Origin: an uncultured Acidobacteriaceae bacterium | Lineage (GTDB): Bacteria > Acidobacteriota > Terriglobia > Terriglobales > Acidobacteriaceae | NCBI GenBank assembly: GCA_964237325.1 | Contig: CAXSHS010000003.1 | Coordinates: 280 to 64,279, forward strand | Length of the DNA stretch: 64,000 nt | Reading direction: 5' to 3' | In this document: positions 59,958 to 64,000 of the stretch, piece by piece | Position numbering within the stretch: the stretch's first letter is position 1 | How the letters are laid out: every line of letters begins with the position of its first letter | Notes under the pieces: model-generated | Databases searched by the model: none | Told to the model about the DNA's origin: nothing | What the model saw: the letters and a program-made list of their open reading frames with translations, nothing else | Position numbers and translations under genes: made by a program

Positions 59958-60601
59958 CTACGGCTTGCGCGCTTCGAGTTTCGGAGTGTTGCCGCTTGAA
60001 GAAATATAGACGAATCCCATTTGAGTTTGTCTCGGCGCGGCAGAAGCCCGAGAACACCTCAGACTCCGCCTCGCTTCATAATTCAGTGACTGCTGGCTGA
60101 TTAAGGTGAACTTCTGACCCGCAGTCCCATTCGCAACATACTGGTCAAACTGGTTGCCTGCCGCTGTGCTTGCGCGAAAATCGTCAAGAACCTGTTGGCT
60201 GTTCATGTTGAAGAATGTATACGTTCCATCGGAGTTCTGGACGGGCATCCATTGATCGTTACCCGGGCGTAGACTCTGTGCCGTCCATTGAGTGACTTTT
60301 GCTCTATCCAGTGCCGAGACACCGCTCACGTTCAGAACCTTTCCGCTTTTTACATTCTTGATCTGGTAATAACTGCCGCTAGTCGGGATTAAGGTCCATA
60401 GAGCGTCATCTCCACCTGAGTATGGCTCTTGCACAATGCGTTATTACTATCGACGGTGGTGAGATAGGCTTTTAAAAAGCCGTCGTACATGGCATCCGCG
60501 TCTGCGGGGTTCTGAGCATGGAGCGCCGGAGTGAGGCTTAGGCCGGTTGCGGCAAGTAAGGCCGTCGCGACGCTCATTGACATACAGTTTCTTCTGTTCA
60601 T
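59958..60601 (-). pseudogene. Internally deleted secreted glycoside hydrolase with a C-terminal ricin-B lectin
   Basis: Signal plus ADADAMYDGFLKAYL (60601 to ~60440) joined out of frame to ricin-type repeats (YYQIKNVKSGKVLNV...TQW...NDQW...QVLDD...GQKF). Confidence 0.65.
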
Positions 60602-60651
60602 ATCTAAGTCTCCGAGCGAACGATTATGTTGCCGAGGCTGGATGCAGCCGC

Positions 60652-63600
60652 TTAGTACGAAAGTTTTAGCGAGAACTGAAAGAATCGTGAGTTGGGCGTG
60701 TCGTTCTGGAAGAAGCGATAAGAGCCCGGACCGATTGTCCCTCCATTCGGGCCGTCGTTCCCTCCGCCGATGATGAACGCCGGCGTATTTAAGACGTTAA
60801 AAATATCCGCACGTGCTTGTAACTGTGTCTCCCGGATTAGCGGAAACGACTTGAACACAGACAGGTTCGTGCGGTTGTAACCTACTCCGCGTATTTGGTT
60901 ATCACGATCACCGAGGAGTGGGGTAGCACCTGCAGCGGTTGTGATCACACCGGTGACAGCAGTAGCCGGCAGCGGGTTTCTAAAAGCACAGGGATTGAAC
61001 CAGTGAGCCAGGTTGTGAACCGTAGTCGGGCATGTGGCGCCCATTGGAAAGTTCAGACTGGGATCAGGCGTGCCGCCACCCTTGAACGGGTCACCCACCA
61101 GGATTGCATTCTGGCCGAGGTTGTTGGGGCCCGTTATATTTGCCGTTCCTACGGTGAATGGCTCGCCGTCCTGGATCTGCTCCGTCACATCAGCCGACCA
61201 TCCGCCGAGAACTTGGGTGAGCGGTCCCTCCCCGTTCAGAAAGCGCTGATTCTTCCCAAACGGGAGCGCGTACTCCCCGCTGAGAGTAAAGCGGTTTCTG
61301 ACGTCCTCGGGACCATTTGCGAAGCCCTGGCGAGTCCCAAGAAGATTATAGTTGAATGCTCCTCCCGCGGCGGTGAAGTTATCTCCCTGCGTAAGAGAGG
61401 TTCCTGCGTCGGTCATTTGGTGCGACCAGGTGTAAGTTGCAAGAAGCGATAAATTGTTGCTCATCCGCTTCTCGAGCTTGGTCTGTAAAGAATGGTAAAC
61501 AGAGAATCCGTTGTTTATCTGTAGCTCGAGACCCACATCGCTAAAGGGGTTCTGAGCATTGCCGGTCCCGCAGGGCTGGTTTACCACGGTGCCCGTCGCA
61601 TTCGTGATGCAATTTGGGGTAATCACCGGCGAGCTGTTGAAGTTAGGGAAGTTCGTTTGGTGGCGGGCTATCTCGCCGACATACCCGATGGTCGCTGACA
61701 GCGTGTTGGTCACAGCACTCTCGTAGCTGAGATTGAACTGCTGTGTATTTGGGGTACTAAGATTATTTGAAATGCCTCGCAAGCTGGGCGTGCCGGCAAA
61801 GCTAGTGAGCCCGCCACCGGCAATGAAAGGGCCGAGACCTGTTTCAAGAGAGATACCGTCGGTCAAGCACCCATTGCTTGAGATGCACGGCAGGTTCCCC
61901 GGATTGGTGATGCCTGGGGTTGAGGTAAACGGATAGTTGAGCCCGAGGTTTGGAGCAAAGCCGACACTCTCGATGCCTCCAAAAAAGATACCGAAGCCGG
62001 CGCGTATGACATTCTTGTCATCGAGCTTGTAGGCAGCCCCGATGCGGGGGCCATAACTGAAGAGAGGGTAACTGATGAGGTAGCGGTTCGAGCTGTACTG
62101 GATGGAAATGTTGTCCTTTGCAAGCACGCTCGCAAAGTTCGCGGGGAGGGGAGTATTTCGGCTTTTCTCCGGAAGAACATATATGCCGGCACTGTGTGAC
62201 TGCCCTTGCTGACCCGCGGTTGGATCGTAGCTTACGCCCTGCGTCGGATAGAAATTTGCCTGGTCATCGTGACGCTCGAAATAGGGTGTCTGGTTCTCCA
62301 CTCTCAACCCAAGATTCAACGTCAGCCGCGGGCTTACTTTCCAATCGTCCTGGATGTAGGCAGCACGATCCCACCGTGCATCAATGACCGGACTGGCAGT
62401 TGTTACGGATGCATTGTTCTGATTGTCGGAGAGGAAATCAGCAAGACCGGTGCCGGTATTTGGAATGGTGTACGCGCTGGAGTAGGTACCGCTATAGGTG
62501 TAAGAGCCATGGCCTTGAGGCGGCTGCAGCGTGCTGAATTCAATACGTTGTATGCTGACACCTGCTCTGAGCGAGTGGTTCCCCAGATTGAAAGTGACAT
62601 TATCCAGCGCCTGCCAGACATTCTCATACTCGTTGGAAGGATAGTAATTCGGTGCGCCGAAACTTTGCACACCGGAGCCCACGCTGGTATTCGGCAGTCC
62701 TCCATTCAAAGTACCTTCGGGAACGCCTCCAAACCCGAGGGAAGCGGCAAAACCGGGGTTCGAGGCATTCGGCTGAACATAGTAGAAATGCCCGTAGTTA
62801 TAGCCGAAACGCAACTCATTCACAATTTTTGGGGAAAATACGTGTGTTTCGCTAATGGCGAAGTTATCGCCGATGTTCACCTCGTTGCCGTCCGAGCCGA
62901 AGCCGCCTCCGTCTAAAATCGGTCCAAGCGGCGGCGGATATATTTGATACTGGTGGTCATAGCTGTTACGTGCAAACACCTGGTCGCTTGGGCTTATGTT
63001 GTAATCAACACGGCCGTCCCACTGGATCGTGTTGTCATTATTGTTGATGGGTTGCGTATAGTTGGAATACAGCAGTCCATTTGTAGAAGTATTAACTCTG
63101 TTAGGCAACGGATATAGATTCAGTATCTTTTGCGCCAGCGGGTTGATCGTCGCAGGATCGAGCACGTTTAACATGCCGTTATAACTCTGCTGGTAGGGGC
63201 TTGCAGTGCCTGGGGTCGAGCCGGGCGCCTTCGGGTTGGGGCCGCCGCCGGACCTTTGCTGATACAGGTAGATCGGCGCACCGCCGGTATAGGCCGGGTT
63301 GAGCAGCTCGCTGAAATTACCCTGCCTTTCTAAAAGAGTCGGAACGGTGATGATCTCGTTATTGCCGTTCACAATGCGGTCCGCTTGAACGTCGCCGAAG
63401 AAAAACAGATGATCCTTTATAATCGGGCCGCCCAGTGTTCCGCCAAACAGGTTCTGCCGATATTCTGGGACCTTGTCCGTGGGCCGGTCGAAATACTGAT
63501 GCGTGTTAAAAGCACTATTTCTCGCGTACTCCCACAGCGAGCCGTGAAAGCTGTTAGCCCCCGACTTGATGCTCGCATTGATAACTGCGCCGGAGGAGTG

Positions 63601-64000
63601 TCCAAACTCCGCATCAGAGCTGCTCGTCTGAAGTTTCACTTCGGACAGAGCGTCAGGCGGCGGCAGAACGGTAAAGGACGCCCCATTAATAAAATCCACT
63701 ACGTTTATGTTGTTGTCCACGCCGTCGAGGATGAAGTTATTCTCATCCGACCGAGAGCCGCTGGCGGAGAAGTCGCCGGTGCCGGCCCCCCGGGCCCCGG
63801 AAGGCGGAGCAGCGCCGGCTGCGAGTTGGGCGATAAAGACCCAGTTTCGGCCGGCCAGGGGTGTGTCATTCAGCTGCTGCTCCGTGAATACCTGATTAAC
63901 GGACGCCTCCTCCGTTTGAAGCTGGGGGGGTGCTGTATTGACCGTTATGTTCTCGTTCTGTGAGCCCGGTGTCAACTTCAGATCAACATCCAGCCGCTGC
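60652..64000 (-). CDS. TonB-dependent receptor (Oar-like), 5' end beyond window
   Basis: PLAGRNW, NNFILDGVDNN, NLFGGTLGGP, QDDWKVSPRLTLNLGLR; ends RFFQFSLKLSY. The frame stays open to the window edge. Confidence 0.93.
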   Translation of the reverse strand, partial: QRLDVDLKLTPGSQNENITVNTAPPQLQTEEASVNQVFTEQQLNDTPLAGRNWVFIAQLAAGAAPPSGARGAGTGDFSASGSRSDENNFILDGVDNNINVVDFINGASFTVLPPPDALSEVKLQTSSSDAEFGHSSGAVINASIKSGANSFHGSLWEYARNSAFNTHQYFDRPTDKVPEYRQNLFGGTLGGPIIKDHLFFFGDVQADRIVNGNNEIITVPTLLERQGNFSELLNPAYTGGAPIYLYQQRSGGGPNPKAPGSTPGTASPYQQSYNGMLNVLDPATINPLAQKILNLYPLPNRVNTSTNGLLYSNYTQPINNNDNTIQWDGRVDYNISPSDQVFARNSYDHQYQIYPPPLGPILDGGGFGSDGNEVNIGDNFAISETHVFSPKIVNELRFGYNYGHFYYVQPNASNPGFAASLGFGGVPEGTLNGGLPNTSVGSGVQSFGAPNYYPSNEYENVWQALDNVTFNLGNHSLRAGVSIQRIEFSTLQPPQGHGSYTYSGTYSSAYTIPNTGTGLADFLSDNQNNASVTTASPVIDARWDRAAYIQDDWKVSPRLTLNLGLRVENQTPYFERHDDQANFYPTQGVSYDPTAGQQGQSHSAGIYVLPEKSRNTPLPANFASVLAKDNISIQYSSNRYLISYPLFSYGPRIGAAYKLDDKNVIRAGFGIFFGGIESVGFAPNLGLNYPFTSTPGITNPGNLPCISSNGCLTDGISLETGLGPFIAGGGLTSFAGTPSLRGISNNLSTPNTQQFNLSYESAVTNTLSATIGYVGEIARHQTNFPNFNSSPVITPNCITNATGTVVNQPCGTGNAQNPFSDVGLELQINNGFSVYHSLQTKLEKRMSNNLSLLATYTWSHQMTDAGTSLTQGDNFTAAGGAFNYNLLGTRQGFANGPEDVRNRFTLSGEYALPFGKNQRFLNGEGPLTQVLGGWSADVTEQIQDGEPFTVGTANITGPNNLGQNAILVGDPFKGGGTPDPSLNFPMGATCPTTVHNLAHWFNPCAFRNPLPATAVTGVITTAAGATPLLGDRDNQIRGVGYNRTNLSVFKSFPLIRETQLQARADIFNVLNTPAFIIGGGNDGPNGGTIGPGSYRFFQNDTPNSRFFQFSLKLSY

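Overview
This 64 kb window of bacterial chromosome looks like Acidobacteriota (Terriglobia-like). That is inferred from the Oar-type TonB-dependent receptors, the Acidobacterial VWA protein, Tat-signal glycosidases and a GTCATCCTG...CAGGATGAC palindromic repeat. It has three parts. (1) About 3.3-32 kb holds a large uncharacterised cell-surface glycan locus, bracketed by two same-orientation paralogous secreted Ig-domain proteins. It encodes a GT4, a GT-C-type membrane glycosyltransferase coupled to three periplasmic proteins, a Wzx/MOP flippase fused to a ParB/Srx-like domain, a 1418-aa TPR + beta-barrel export candidate, and a GH71/99-like hydrolase. It also encodes a thymidylate-kinase-like kinase, an NTP_transf_5-like nucleotidyltransferase, a STAS protein and an Ig-repeat phosphoesterase lipoprotein. 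I saw no priming GT, Wzc/Wza or GT2 synthase. This is the best candidate for an undescribed system. (2) About 32-45 kb and 58-64 kb hold two carbohydrate-utilisation loci: GH28, GH36-like, TBDR, a two-component pair and GH27; then GH2 beta-glucuronidase, a deleted lectin-bearing gene and a TBDR. (3) About 45-58 kb is an eroding accessory region with two convergent catalase-like paralogues, several frameshifted pseudogenes, a GH9 and a flippase+GT2 pair between IS6 and IS5 remnants. I saw no rRNA, tRNA or CRISPR array. All family calls come from reading motifs by eye, not from database searches.
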